DNA from: Lama glama
Lineage: Eukaryota
Direction: 5' to 3'
Assembly: GCA_028534125.1 (NCBI GenBank)
Contig: CM052828.1
Span: 59,706,001-59,770,000, forward strand
Length of the DNA stretch: 64,000 bases
Part shown: positions 51,349-63,975 of the stretch, piece by piece
How the letters are laid out: the number at the start of each line of letters is the position of its first letter
How positions within the stretch are numbered: position 1 is the stretch's first letter
Notes under the pieces: generated by a model
The model's database searches: none
What the model saw: the letters and a program-made list of their open reading frames with translations, nothing else
What the model was told of the DNA's origin: nothing
Program-made: the position numbers and the translations under genes

Positions 51349-51920
51349 CCGGCAGGGCCTCAGCTCTGTCAGACCAAAGTGAGCCCGAGACACCCCGTGT
51401 AGACACACCTGCTTCTCCCTGCATGTTTATGGCACCAGGAGCTCTGCTGGGAAAGGCTCCTGCATTCTGTGAGCAGAAAGCTACTCGAGGGTTTTTGTTT
51501 TCTGCTGTGCGTCTGAAGGAAAGGTCAGCCTGGGCGCCCGCCCACCCCCATAGCGGGCGCCGCCTCTGCTTCTGGCTGGCGGTGGCCGAGCTGTTTCTGC
51601 TCTAGGGTAACAGGCCCTGACACCCCACTTACCCCTGACCAGGCCAACTGGCACTTTCTCTAGATAAGTGCTGAGACCCAGGCCGCCCCACCACGCACCG
51701 TAGTAAGAGCTAACATGTTTATGAAGTGAAAAGAAAGGAGAACTTGAAAGCGGCCAAGAATACCCCCTCCGACGCTCGGCCTGGCCTCCAGCCGGCGGCC
51801 GTGGGGCCGTCTCAGGTGGCCTACTGCTTATTGCACAACCTTCTGATCAAAGCTAAACTCATTACACAAGTGTTAAACATTCACTGTAGAAAAATCAGCA
51901 AGTAGGGTTTTTCATAAAAA

Positions 51921-52470
51921 ATGGTGGTAATTATACTAAGTGAAGTTAAGTCAGACAGAGAAAGACAAATACTATGTGATGTCACTTCTAAGTGGAATCT
52001 AAAACCTGACACAAATAGAGGGGAGGGCGCAGCTCAGTGGCAGACCGTGTGCCTAGCACCCACACGGTCCTGGGTTCCAGCCCCAGTCCTTCCATTAAAA
52101 TCAATCAATAAATAAACCTAATTACCTCCCCCAACCAAAAAAAAATGTTTTAATAAAAAATAAATGACACAAACGAACTTATTTTCAAAACAGGAAGAGA
52201 CTCACATAGAAAACAAACATGCTTACCAAGGAGGAAAGAGGAGAGGGAGGGATAAATGAGGAGTTTGGGATTAGCAGATACACATCACCATATATAAAAC
52301 AGATAAACAAGGTCCTACTGCGCAACACAGGGAACTCTATTCAGTATCTTGTAGTAACCTGCCATGGAAAAGAATCTGGAAAGAACACATGTATGTATAA
52401 CTGGGTCACTGTGCTGCACACCGGAAACACACACAACACTGTCAACCAGCTATACGCCAATTTTAAAATG
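51921..52470 (+). mobile_element. L1 3' end interrupted by a SINE
   Basis: ttatactaagtgaagttaagtcagacagagaaagacaaatac...aacaaggtcctactg...ggaactctattcagtatcttgtagtaacc. Confidence 0.9.
52020..52164 (+). mobile_element. Vic-1-like SINE nested in L1
   Basis: ggggagggcgcagctcagtggcaga...cctgggttccagccccag...aataaacctaattacctcccc; TSD tgacacaaa at 52007 and 52165. Confidence 0.85.
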
Positions 52471-52488
52471 TGCTGAAAGTAACGCTAA

Positions 52489-52902
<414 letters not shown>

Positions 52903-52927
52903 GCCCGGCCCGGCCGCCGGGCCGCCT

Positions 52928-52934
52928 TGGTGCT
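52928..52934 (+). promoter_or_regulatory. miR-29 seed match (TGGTGCT) in the COL4A2 3' UTR
   Basis: 7mer-m8 match about 25 nt after the stop; miR-29 regulation of collagen IV mRNAs is established. Confidence 0.75.
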
Positions 52935-52945
52935 TCTTAACTTAT

Positions 52946-52952
52946 TACCTCA
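52946..52952 (+). promoter_or_regulatory. let-7 seed match (TACCTCA, 7mer-A1) in the COL4A2 3' UTR
   Basis: Seed complement in an AU-rich patch next to the miR-29 site. Confidence 0.6.
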
Positions 52953-53650
52953 GGTGCCGCCCCAAACATTGCCTTCATTTCCTTCCTTTGTAAAACAAAA
53001 CAAAAGTAACCAAAGGTATTGAGCACCAGCCCTCAGACCAAACCGCGCCTCGCCGTCCGCGGGCGCCGCCCCGCCACGCCCCTGGCCACGCCCCCGGCCG
53101 CCCCGCCCCCTCCCGGCGTGACGCCGTTCACGCCCCCCACCCCCACGGCGGTCTAAGCAGCTAACCTGCCCTGTGCACCTGTGTATTCACGGCCCTTTCA
53201 GCCGCCACAGATAACCCACTTATTTAACTCACTTGATGGGGTGGTGTAGACAGACAAAGCCACGCAGCCCAAGGGCTCCCGAACTCGCGCCCGCTGCTCC
53301 CACACGAGGGCCTCCTGGGAGGGGTCTCAAGCCAACCCGACGACAGCGTCTTCTCCCGATCACCTTGACGCGGAGCACCCCCGGGCCCTCGCGAAGGCCG
53401 ACGGTGCCTCTTCCTGTAAAAGCCACTGAGATCCGCTGCTTCCCACGGCGTCCCTGCAGACCACGGGGCCCGGCAAGACCCGCGTGGGCGCAGAGCCCTT
53501 CCCGCGGGTGCGCCCGCCAGGCGAGGGCGCAAACCTCGCAGCCGCAGCCAGCGGCGCTGCCTCTGCCGCCCCCGGCTGCTCCGGAGCCTGCGCCCCGCTC
53601 TGCGCTGCCTTGTACTCCTAGGCCTGCTCCATCCTCCATAACGACCACGC

Positions 53651-53656
53651 AATAAA
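53651..53656 (+). terminator. COL4A2: COL4A2 polyadenylation signal AATAAA
   Basis: First AATAAA after the stop, about 750 nt downstream, followed by U/GU-rich sequence. Confidence 0.85.
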
Positions 53657-56033
53657 AGTTGGTTTTGGACATTTTTATACCCCAAGTTGTTGCCTGCCTC
53701 ATTTTCTCGAGTCTACAGAGCACAGAATTTGCTGGGAACCCAAAACACAGCATCCGGGCCCCAAAGCGAGCCCCGTGCCCAGCTCAGAGCCTCGCGGCTG
53801 TTGGTTCAGTTTCAGCGGACGGAACCCAGCCTGTGGTACTGTCACTCATTTCTCAGGCACCTGAGTTTGCGTTTGTGTTCACAATGTGCTAGTGTTTACA
53901 GAAAGCACCCCAGCCATCACTCAGGGGAACTGGGGGGAGGGCACCTCACAAACGCACCTCCAAAGTCATCAACCAGCCCCAACATAGCATCCCGAGTCAC
54001 ATCTCGGTGTTCCCAAGGGTCTCCAAGACACACTTCCAGCTTTGGTTTCTCTGAAACCCGGAAGACTCCTGGGAACCCAACTCACATAATTAATTTTACC
54101 CTTTAAAGTTCGGTCTCATGTTAAACTTCTCCTAAGAACAGTTTCTACAGTTAACAAAGTATTCTACTTGATGATGTTTGAAATAGATCCACACCTGCAG
54201 GCCTGCACCCCCTGTGGCTGCCCCAGACAGGACTCCGCACGGGAGCGTTATGTGAGGACGTGACTCCAGGCAGTGGACTGGGACCTGGGCAGTGTGACTC
54301 GGGGAAGAGGGCACCTCACTAAGGAGGTACTGCCGTGGAGGATTCAGGGCTCAATCTTGCGGGAGAAAGGCCACAGGTGGTCCCGCCGAGGCGTGGGAAG
54401 GGCAGGACTTCAGCCTCCTGCCCTCAGTGGTCAGGCTGCCTGGAACGTCCAGGGTGCCAGGGCTGAGCAGGCTTCTAGCACCCCAGCTGGAGGTTAGCAG
54501 AGAACCAGGTGAAGCTGATGTGACATACTGTTGGCTACACCTGTACCAGCTGGTTTCCATAGCAACAGCTACAGCAAAAGGTGGGCCAGCAGGCTGAGGC
54601 CAGGGCGTGAAGCTGCCCAGCACAGGAAGCTCGTAGGGCAGCTGTTCCGTCTCAGCCCCAAGCCCCACAATCACAGGGGTCGTCATGACATTTACCACAG
54701 TCCTGAAGATTCCTGCTCGACTTGGTTTAGCTTTTTTTTAAACTGAATGATTTTTTTCAATTCTACTGTGCTTTACAGTTTTCAAACATTCCACACACCT
54801 GATTTCATGTGGTTTAGCTTGGATGCCTCTGTGTGGTTCACAGGTCAGAGGCAGGGGCCCAGCGTGAAGCACTGAAAGGTATTGGAGCTTACACCTAAAA
54901 TACTCAGAAGTCCAAAATCAAGGTCCCAATTCACAATTGGATTCCAAAATGTAGACTATAAAATATCAAACAAATACAAAGAATCCATAACCCCAACATC
55001 TGTCTGTGCTGCGGAGCTCATGGTCCCAGACAGCTCTAGGAGGTGAAGATTTCCAGTCTGGAATCAAACAGCAAAACTTCTGAGCCTTGAAAATCCAAAC
55101 TCTGCCCTTCTCAAGTCCTTGCATGTTGGATGAGATTTTTCTGGTCTAGTTTCTCTGGACCAAGAGTAACCAGCATCCCGAAAGCTAAGTGGACTTGAAC
55201 GGTGAATGCTGTCCCTCACCTTCCAGGGAAGGGGGTCCCTAAGGTTAGAATCACTGCCTCCCAGCGACTTCGTAAGCTGGCTTTCTGCACCTCTCGCACA
55301 GACGATGCCACGGTTCACGTTAAACCAGAGGAGATGTCTCTGGAAGCATCCTGGCCAGTCAGAGGGACACTAAGAAAGATTCGGCAAGTCCCGGAGAGCT
55401 GCCCCAGCCTTCAGGCGGCCTGAGATGGGCAAGTCTGGAGATTGCTGGGGCAGGTCTCCGCTGGCCCGGCTCCTGGGGGCTGAAACAAAGACCTTGCTCC
55501 CCACATGGTGTCATGAGAATTCAGTCCATCCCTACATGTGGAGGGGCCCCAAGAGAGCCGTCAGGCACGGCATCATGTGAGTTTGGTGTCCCGGCCTCAG
55601 GGGAAGACGTTGGGAATCCTTACCACTGGGGGATTTAAGGCTGCCCAGTGGAGGGAGCCACCCAAAGTACACCCTACAGGTGATAAGGCAGTGCTCTTCT
55701 GAAAATAAACTCTGAACATGGATGGAAAGGGTGACGATGAGCTGGGGCCACTCACCTGCTCTCATCCCACTGGACTCAAAACCTGCCGGGTGCCCAGCCA
55801 CGTCACCACCCTTCCACAGCGAGAGGACTTGCACCAGCAGAGCCGCGACCTGAGTCCCTGGAGAAGGACCACCCTCTGGCACCACGTCAAGGAAGGATGG
55901 CCCTCACAGGCATCCAGTGACTCCTGGGTGGCCTGGTTACCACGGCTGAGGCTGCCGAGTCCCAGAGGGGAGGCTTTTGGGCCCCACCTGTGCCCGGCCT
56001 CAGCTCCAACTGCTGTTGGATATCCACTAAAGG

Positions 56034-56212
56034 CACGTGTGCTAGTGCAGCCACGGGCACACACACATCACACACGTCACTTGTGCACACATTGCACATA
56101 CATGTCACATGCATGCAGTCACGTGCGCACATGTGTCACAATGCACATGTCACACTTGCGCACACATCACACGTGCACACATGTCACATGTGCATGCAAT
56201 AACACACACACA
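56034..56212. repeat. Degenerate CA/RY low-complexity tract
   Basis: Repeated cacacat / gtcacatg / gcacac motifs. Confidence 0.85.
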
Positions 56213-58265
56213 ACCCTGGGAAGAGAAAGCACCTTTTCCAGTTCCTGTACTTCTCAGTCAAACATCAATCACAACCCCTAAAAAAAAGGCCTAAAATCAA
56301 AGCTCACAAAGGTGAGCTGTTCTAAGGTGAAACCAACTCTGTTTTTGACATTACTGAAAAGAACAGGAAGCATGGCTTTCTGGCCGTTTCCCCCCCGTCG
56401 AGCTATCTGACGGTGACACCCTGAGGACAGTCAACACCCTCCCTGTAGCAGGAGCTGTCTCAGGGCTTCCCCGGGGCCTCCCCCGCCTGCCACCTCTCTG
56501 AGCAGCATTGCTCCATTTCACAACTAAGGGTGCTCCACCAAAAGGGTGAGTCAACACAGATGAAGTTACACAACCAGGTGATCAGCCTGCATCCTGTCCC
56601 AGCCGCTCCGCTCCCTCCAAGCACGAGTTGACTCCCCAGAGAGCTGCAGTGGACGGAGTCGCGTGGGCCAGCGGCACGAGGCCCTTTACACACATCATCC
56701 CGCCACCTCGATGCCCAGGATCTGGGAGCGGCTCACAGTGATTAGATGGGGGGGATTGAGGCATCCCCGGGGGGGCCCCTGATCCCCTCGCGCCTGCACG
56801 CTGACTCCTGGGGCCCTTGTCTAGTGCATGACTGACTCCATGGCCAAGTTCAGGAGCAAAGGGCCGCTGGGGCATAGGCAGACTCGGAGGCCGTGGCTCA
56901 CTCGATGGAATAAAGTAGCCGTAAAACTGCAGCCATTTCCATAGACGCAACGTAGTTCTTTTAAGACACCAGCCTAGTGGCCTGTGAAAGGGGGGAACCA
57001 TGGCTTCCAGTACCCAGATTACAACACACGCACCCCCCAAGACTTCCCACGCAGGACGCCTCGAGGGCACCAGGAAATGCCGACCGGTTGCTGCTGTTGA
57101 GGAGGCCTGCCTCTGCCTGAGGACACTCAGCCAAAGTCCACGACCAGGCCCAGCGGGAGAACCCGGGGCTGTCCTTCACCTCCCAGCCCCGGAGCAGCCG
57201 CATTTGTACAAAGAGAAAGAAGGAATGTCCGAGGTCCAGCTCAAAGCCACGTCCAGCAGAGAGACCCTCTCCTCCTCCAGCCACTGGCTCATGCTCTGAG
57301 GCCTCCCCAGAGCAGACCTGGCCCCTGGTTGGGAACTGGGCCCACGAGAAGTCCCAGCCGGGAGCGCCCCAGCAGGCTCAGACACCGGGCCGAGGCGGGT
57401 GCCGAGGTGCCCTCAGGTCAGAGCCCAGAGGGAACCTGCTCTCGGGGCAGCAGTGCAGGGGCCGAGCTCAGGCACTGCTGATGGGGACGGTGCCCCCCCA
57501 CCCCCAGCCGTGCCCCGGGGCCCTCGGCCACTCAGGGGCACGGCCTGCGGGCGCTGGGAGCGGCCCAGCAAGAGAGTCAAAGACTGACCGGGAGGAAGGG
57601 GTGTGGGGTTTGGCAGCCCTGCCTTCAAGCTCGGACGCAGGAATGATTTCATACTCCAGCCACGGCCTTCAGAAGCCAGCTCCCGGACCTCCCAGGCGTC
57701 TCCCGAGCAAAGACACACGTGATGGAAAAGTATGACGCCCACCCATCAAACGGCAAGGTAAAGCGCGAAGCAGTGCCCCTTTCAGGCGGGAGGGTTGCGG
57801 CTCTCGCTCGCTTTACATTTAACGTCTCAGCAAATGGAGGGCCGCGCATGGGTCACAGTCACGGGGTCTTCAGCTCTGAGGCCTTAGTGTGCATCGCTCA
57901 CAGCCAATTCACACGTCCAGGTGCTCTTGCAGCAAGGGCTTGTAAAATGGCATTAAAAAAGCACTTAGAACTCCCAGCCAAAGCAAGATCCTTCACTGAG
58001 GATTTACTGCAATTCCAGAAGACCTGCTTCCGTCACGGGGCCTCTCCACGGAGGCTCCTGGTCCCCCAGGACCGTGGGGGGCTTCACCACGGAGATGGGG
58101 CTCATCCCTCACCTGGAGACGTGCACTGGCTGCACGGGAACAGAGAGGTCTGGAGGGTGAGCAGTCAGAGATCGCAGGCTCTGGGAAACTCCTGAACACC
58201 TCCCCGCAAAAAACAACTGCTCGTGAAACACTGTTCTCTCACCAGCCTCCTGCCTCACTGCCTCC

Positions 58266-58500
58266 TGTCACGGGCTGAGTGCCTGTGTCTCCCCAAAATC
58301 TGATTGTTGAAGTCCTCACCCCCAAATGGGTTGGGTTTAGAGACGGGGTAGTCGGGAGGTGATTAGGGCTGGATGAGGCCATGAGGGTGGGACCCCCACG
58401 ATGGGATTAGTGTCCCCATAAGAGCTCCCCTCCCCCATACCACGTGCAGACACGTGGAGGAGGCACCGCCCACAAGCCAGGAGGGAGCCCTCCCAGCAGC
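58266..58500 (+). mobile_element. MLT1A-like MaLR LTR remnant
   Basis: tgtcacgggctga...ccccaaaat...gttgaagtcct...gatgaggccatgagggtgggaccccc.cgatgggattagtg. Confidence 0.75.
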
Positions 58501-58901
58501 TCGAGTGGACTTCCAGCCCCAGGACGGAGCCATGCTGGCCCCTGAGCTGGCGGAGACGCCCCTTTCCCGGCAGCGAGGCCCAAGCCTGGGCCATTGTTCT
58601 CACAGCTGCCCCGTCTCGGCTCCTCCCAAGAGCAAAGCCGCCCACCTAGCACCCCTGGAAAGGACGGTTCAGATTGAGCAGCTGCCCCGGCGACCACACG
58701 GGGCAGGGACTCAGAGCTGCCCGTTTTGCTTCCATTATTGGAACACGTGCCATCAAGACAGCCCGGCGGACAGGCCGACCCAACACCTGGAATTTGTAAG
58801 GATTCAGTGCAACTTTTAAAGCTGGAAGTCCCTCAGGCTAACCCAGCAGGGATCCCAGGGGGCACAAATAAAGTCTAGACCCAGGTTCTTCTCAAATCCT
58901 T

Positions 58902-58907
58902 TTTAAT
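58902..58907 (-). terminator. RAB20: Probable RAB20 polyadenylation signal ATTAAA
   Basis: About 460 nt after the RAB20 stop, in AT-rich UTR sequence, with a U-rich element (ACTTTATTTGTG) downstream on the minus strand. Confidence 0.6.
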
Positions 58908-59363
58908 CATACACATGGCTCCCAGTGCTGCAACTGATATAAAAGCAGTGATTCCTGATTCTGTATAAATTAGCATTTCTTGAGAATCATTATAATGCAT
59001 CAAGATACAAGCACTGAACGGCAGGACCAAGGGAAATCACAGTGAGGAGAAACGTTTGAAAGTCACTCAGATGCCGAGACAGGCGGACACCTGTCGGAGG
59101 TCAGGTTGTGAGGACGGGGCAGCCGGGGGACGGCGGTCTCTGGTGGCTTCCATGGGCGACCCATCTGCTCCCCACCTCCCACAGCAGCGATGCACGCGGG
59201 GGACGAGTGACACTGAGCTTCTTTCAGTACCTGGCTGTCATTTCCTCTGGGGTCACCCCCTCACGTGGGCAGTCCTGCAGTGCAGACCCCAATCTGCCCC
59301 TCTGACCACGGCTCGCCCGGCCCTACTCCGTCCGTGTACCCCAGGGGGCTGGGGCCCAGTGAG

Positions 59364-59896
59364 TCAGGCACAGCACCCGGGTTTGGTCTGTGCGGGCGGC
59401 CTGCAGCTGGTGATGTCCACGGTCTGCGGCGGCCCCTGGGCTCTCTGCCGCAGGATCACGGGCACCACCATGTCAAACAAGGTTTCAAAGAGCAGGTCCA
59501 CGTTGTGCCCGGTCTTCGCGCTGGTCTCAAAGCACATCTGCTCCGCGGCCGGCACGTCCTTCTCGTCCAGCATCTTGTACTTGATGATCTTCTTGTAAAG
59601 GGCCACCGCGTCCTCCGGCTGCACCTGCCTGGGCAGCCTGGGAGCCGCGCAGCCACCACCGGCCGGCCCGAGGCCGCCCCCTCCCTCCTGCCGGCTCTCC
59701 CCGGGCCCGTCCTCGCTCAGGTCCACCTTGTTCCCCACAATGGCGAAGAGGCAGTCGGCCCTGGCCGTGTCCGTCAGGCCCAGGAACCTGTCCTCCAGCT
59801 CCAGCAGGCTCTGGGCGTGGTTCACGTCGTAGGTGAGGATGACAGCGGCCGCCCCCCGGCAGTACATGGAGCCCAGGCCATGGAACTGCTCCCGCC
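59364..59896 (-). CDS. RAB20: RAB20 last (second) coding exon: (G)REQFHGLGSMYCRG...NKVD...ETSAK...GCCA*
   Basis: Minus-strand acceptor ctctccccCAG|GG; Rab G4 (NKVD) and G5 (ETSAK) motifs; Arg at the switch II Gln position, typical of Rab20; C-terminal CCA prenylation motif. Confidence 0.97.
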
Positions 59897-60199
59897 CTGG
59901 GGGAGAGGGGAGAGAGATGAGGTTACCTCTCCTGTCTAAGCACCCGACCATGCCGCGCCGGGCCCCCAGGATGGACCATGGAGCCGTGACCTCGAATGCA
60001 GGTGTGGCCAGAGCTAGACTGGATAGAAACACCGCTGGGCAGAAAGAGGGGGCGACAGCCTGTTCCCCATAGCAAGCAGTCCCTGCGCAAGCGCGTCCGC
60101 CCACCAAAGTTCACCCCCAGACCAAGAAGACACCCCTCCCTGCTGTCCTCCTGACGAGTGGCGGTGTGGCTTGTTCCTGCTTCTGCATCTTACAAAAAG

Positions 60200-60325
60200 G
60201 ATGTTTAAATGAAATACTTTCAGGAACATGTGTGTGTGTGTACATATGCATGATACCTGAAGCACTATGCTACGCACCAGAAACTAACACAACATTGTAC
60301 ATCAACTGTACCTCAATTAAAAACA
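60200..60325 (+). mobile_element. L1 extreme 3' end
   Basis: ctgaagcactatgctacgcaccagaaactaacacaacattgtacatcaactgtacctcaattaaaa. Confidence 0.8.
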
Positions 60326-60339
60326 GAAACACTAGAGTC

Positions 60340-60500
60340 GGGGGTACAGCTCAAGTGGTAGAGCACATGCCTGGTATTCACGAGGTCCTGGGTTCAACTC
60401 CAAGACCGCCTCCAGAAATAAATGAGCCTAATTACCTCCCCCACCACCCAAATAAAATAAATAATACAATAAGAAATAAATAAAAATTTTGAAAAAGAAA
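60340..60500 (+). mobile_element. Vic-1-like SINE at the L1 tail (RAB20 intron)
   Basis: gggtacagctcaagtggtagagcacatgcc...cgaggtcctgggttcaactcc...cctaattacctcccc and a long A-rich tail. Confidence 0.85.
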
Positions 60501-62974
60501 GAAACCCTAAATGAAATAGTCCCATCAAGGACCATATGGTGTGTGCCACCTCCCAGCACGGTGGTCGCGCTGACGGGGCACCAGGCAAGTGTGTCTTCAC
60601 CCGCACGCCTCCTGGAGGCAGCAAGGGCCCAGAGGTGCCCAAGCACTGGGAGGAGCTCTGAAGTGAGTCCTTTGGAACAGAGAACACACACTAAGGAAAT
60701 ACTCTCTTTTAGAGAGAACCATGGAAAACAGGGCAGCTCCACTTTCAGACCAAGTTGGGCGCCGCTGGGCACAGAACACTACAGAGGAGACGCGACATCC
60801 CAGGACGGAGGGCTGGCCCCGTCCCCGAAGCCTGGGCCCCGCCTGCCCCGAGCACCGAGGTGACAGCAGATGGGGAAGCCCTGGGCCCCTCAGACCCTCC
60901 TCTCCTGTCCTATCCTCCAGGAGGACGGCAGGACCAGGCCTGTGGGCTTACTCGCCCCCGCATGCTCAGTGCCACCTAATGTGTTGAGAAAGTGAAGCCA
61001 CAAATCACCACTTCCATTTGTTTAAAAAAAAACCAACACTTTTTCCTCTTACATAAGGTTTCCTGGTTTGTTCTGTAACAATTTGGTCTGACTTGCAAGG
61101 CAGTGGGAGCCGTATTCACGTCAGAGGTTTAACTTATGCCCTGCTCTGCATCTCAGCTCCCACCTTGACTATGAAGTACAGACCGAAGGGAACAGGGAGG
61201 GAAAACTTCGGTGCGTTAAGCCCCCAAAGAACTGAAATTTCATCACACTTGAATACCTTTATTCCTTCGCATCGAGTCAGCAGAAGCCCTGTATGTGACA
61301 GGCCCAGCTCACAGTGAGGGACAAGGCCAGTGCCCCTCGCACCGGGGTCTCTGGAGGCCAAGCGTGACTGCGTTTGTGCCTGAGTTTTCCCGAGTGGCCC
61401 CCTTGGCTTCCCTTCTTCCTTGTTCATGAAGGGAAGACAGTTCGTTGACCCCACAAAGGGCAGTTCACTAAAGTAAACTGGGGCCCCTTCCCGACGCCTT
61501 CCCAGGCCCAGGGATTAATCAGCCCCATGTCGCTGCTGGCAGCCTTCACTCCCTCCTTGGGGGCGGGAAAGCCAGCCTGGACCTGGGCGCCCGACAGGGA
61601 AGAACGAGCCTGAGTCCACGGCGGATCTGACCCTCCGGCTCTGACCCTGGCTCTGTCCCCTTGCTCAGCCCTGTGGCTCTGCACCTTTTGCGGAGGAACA
61701 TCGCCGAGAGGCTGCATAGACAGGACGGCCCACTCTTGAGGCTCCGGCCTTTAAGGGCAGAACACTTTTCCACTCACACGGAGATAAAAAGTCGCAGAAC
61801 TGAGAATAACATTTGTCTTGCTGGAGGTTTACAGGAACACTGTGACCTGACCTGCGAGGTCAGCTGCAAGAATGAAGGATTCCGACACCAAGAAGTTTGC
61901 GCCAACCAGCCACGCCCGCTCACCTTTTAGAGCAAAAGGAGCCCGAACTCTGACTTGCGGAGGACGGTTCTGGGGGTGCCAGTCTGCCATCTACTCGGTC
62001 TGCTGGCTTCCTGAGTAAATTCGCTCTTCCTTGTCCCAGCACCTCGTCTCCCGACTTCCCGGCCCGTCGTGCAGCAAGCTGTAACAGGCGGACCTCTGTG
62101 GGCGAACCCCTCCCGCCCCGACGGAGGAGCCCAGGAGAGGCCCCTGGACGGACACGCCCGCAGCGTGCTTGCCCACACTCACGGGTCCTCGCAGGGCGAA
62201 CCATCCTTTCAGAATATTGACACACCTCTCCCTAACTGGGATCTAAACTCCTGCAGCACTGGCCTGGGGTCTGCCTTCATTCCTTCCTGGGCTGCGTGGG
62301 GTGCAGCTGCCCCAGCAATGCCCGACCCTGCCCATCCGCCCCTGCTGCCAGCAGCTCTCAGGGGGACCGTGAACTTCTCAGATCAAAGTTCAGCTTCAAC
62401 ACCAGACAGCACAGGACGCAGCGAGCACCAGATCTGGGCAGGCGGGGAACCGGCAGCCCGCAGAGGATGGCCCAGCACTGAGTCTCCATGCGCCAGTGGG
62501 GGAGGTGGGCACGGAGAAGCACCCGGGAGGACAGGATCGCCTGCCTTGTCCCGGGCGCCGATGCAAACGTCCCTCACGTCAGTGATGACAGGGGACTGAG
62601 AGTTCCCCAGTTTCTACACGCCTGCACAACGCAACCCTTCAATTGCACGCTCTCCAGGTGTCACCAGCACTTCATCCCTAACAGCCTGCACCTGACCCCA
62701 CCCAGGGCTCCCCGTCCCTGGGGCAGAGCACCGAACTCCCAGCCCAGCCCACCAGCAACTCCCAGCCAGGCCGTCACAAGGTTTGCCCCCGATGAACGTC
62801 TGTGCATCTGCCTGTGATTTCTAGTTCCAGCTCCAGAAGTGGGAGCAGAGCCCAGGAGGTCTATGACCTTGAGTGGGGAAAGGTGTAATCTCTGTTCTCA
62901 TCCTCCTCTAACTGAACGTAGCATTTCCTTGCATTACACACATCAGCTACAAACCGGAAACGACTGCAGGGAGC

Positions 62975-63272
62975 CTGTACATGGAACCTTATTTGGAAAT
63001 AGGGTCCTTGCAGGTGTAATCAAGTTCAGAGGAGGTCATGAGGCTGGAACCGAATCCAGTGTGACCAGCGTCCCAGTAACAGGAGGAGAGCCCCAGAGGC
63101 TCACGCAGAGGCTGATGAGGTGAAGGCAGGACGCCAGCAACAGCCAGGAGCTGGGGGCGCGCCTCTGGGGGCACCGTGATTTCAGACCTCCAGGCTCAGG
63201 GTCCTGAGATGACCTATTTCTGATGTTTGAAGCCCCCAGCTTGTGGAACCCGGTTATAACAGCCCAGGAAAG
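62975..63272 (+). mobile_element. MaLR (MLT1B/C-like) LTR remnant
   Basis: accttatttggaaatagggtccttgcaggtgtaatcaagtt...gatttcagacctccag...tgtttgaagcccccagcttgtgg...acagcccaggaaa. Confidence 0.75.
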
Positions 63273-63886
63273 TCTTCCTCCACCAACATATGGCCTGGGC
63301 TGCGGGTCGATGGCTTCCCCATTCACATGCACCGAAAGTCATGAATGGAACAAAAATGATGCCCACGTGAGGGGGCCGGGCGGCCAAGAGATGCTTCTGT
63401 CCTCCCCCATCCACTTCCCCTCCCCTCTGTAAGCAGGGGAAAAGCTAGCCGCTCATGACCTTCTGTGAACCACCGGGAAGGAGAAGTTGAGAAGGACGTT
63501 CAGATGACAGGGAACTCAGGCACCCAACCTCGAGGAAGAGGAAGAGTCACGTGTCATCTGCGAGGCCAGAGTCAGCAAATCTGCTCACTTCCCAAAAACC
63601 AGTCCTAAAGCCCGAAGCTAAGTCACAGGGACAGAAATGTCTAGAATTGCTTCACTGTTACTCACTCAACCTGGCACTACCAGAGGAATGACCTTCACCC
63701 TCTAAACTGATCTGCACCAGAAGAAACAATCATCCAGGTCCAGCCCCCTGCCTTCTGAAGAAACACCCGGAGGAGGATGTGGTAGCCCCTGAGCGCGCCG
63801 TCAGAAAAACGAGCCAATTATCCAGCCAGAGAAGCAGCAGATCGGCCACGTCTTGAAGAGGGGCAGCAGTTACAAATGGTTGCTCT

Positions 63887-63975
63887 ATTTTTTTTTTCTT
63901 AATGGAGGTTCTGGAGATGGAACCCAGGACCTGTGCACGCTAAGCATGCACTCGACCACGGAGCCGTCCCCTCCC
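63887..63975 (-). mobile_element. Vic-1-like SINE, minus strand
   Basis: Poly(T) followed by aatggaggttctggagatggaacccaggacctgtgcacgctaagcatgcactcgaccacggagc. Confidence 0.85.

Noticed and set aside
53224-53753. Overlapping ORFs of 140-174 aa in the 3' UTR
   Set aside because: Explained by stop-codon scarcity in a CpG island.
59897-60107. N-terminal part of ORF 59364..60107 as the RAB20 start
   Set aside because: Lacks the G1-G3 motifs and lies upstream of a clear splice acceptor; it is intron read-through and exon 1 is outside the window.
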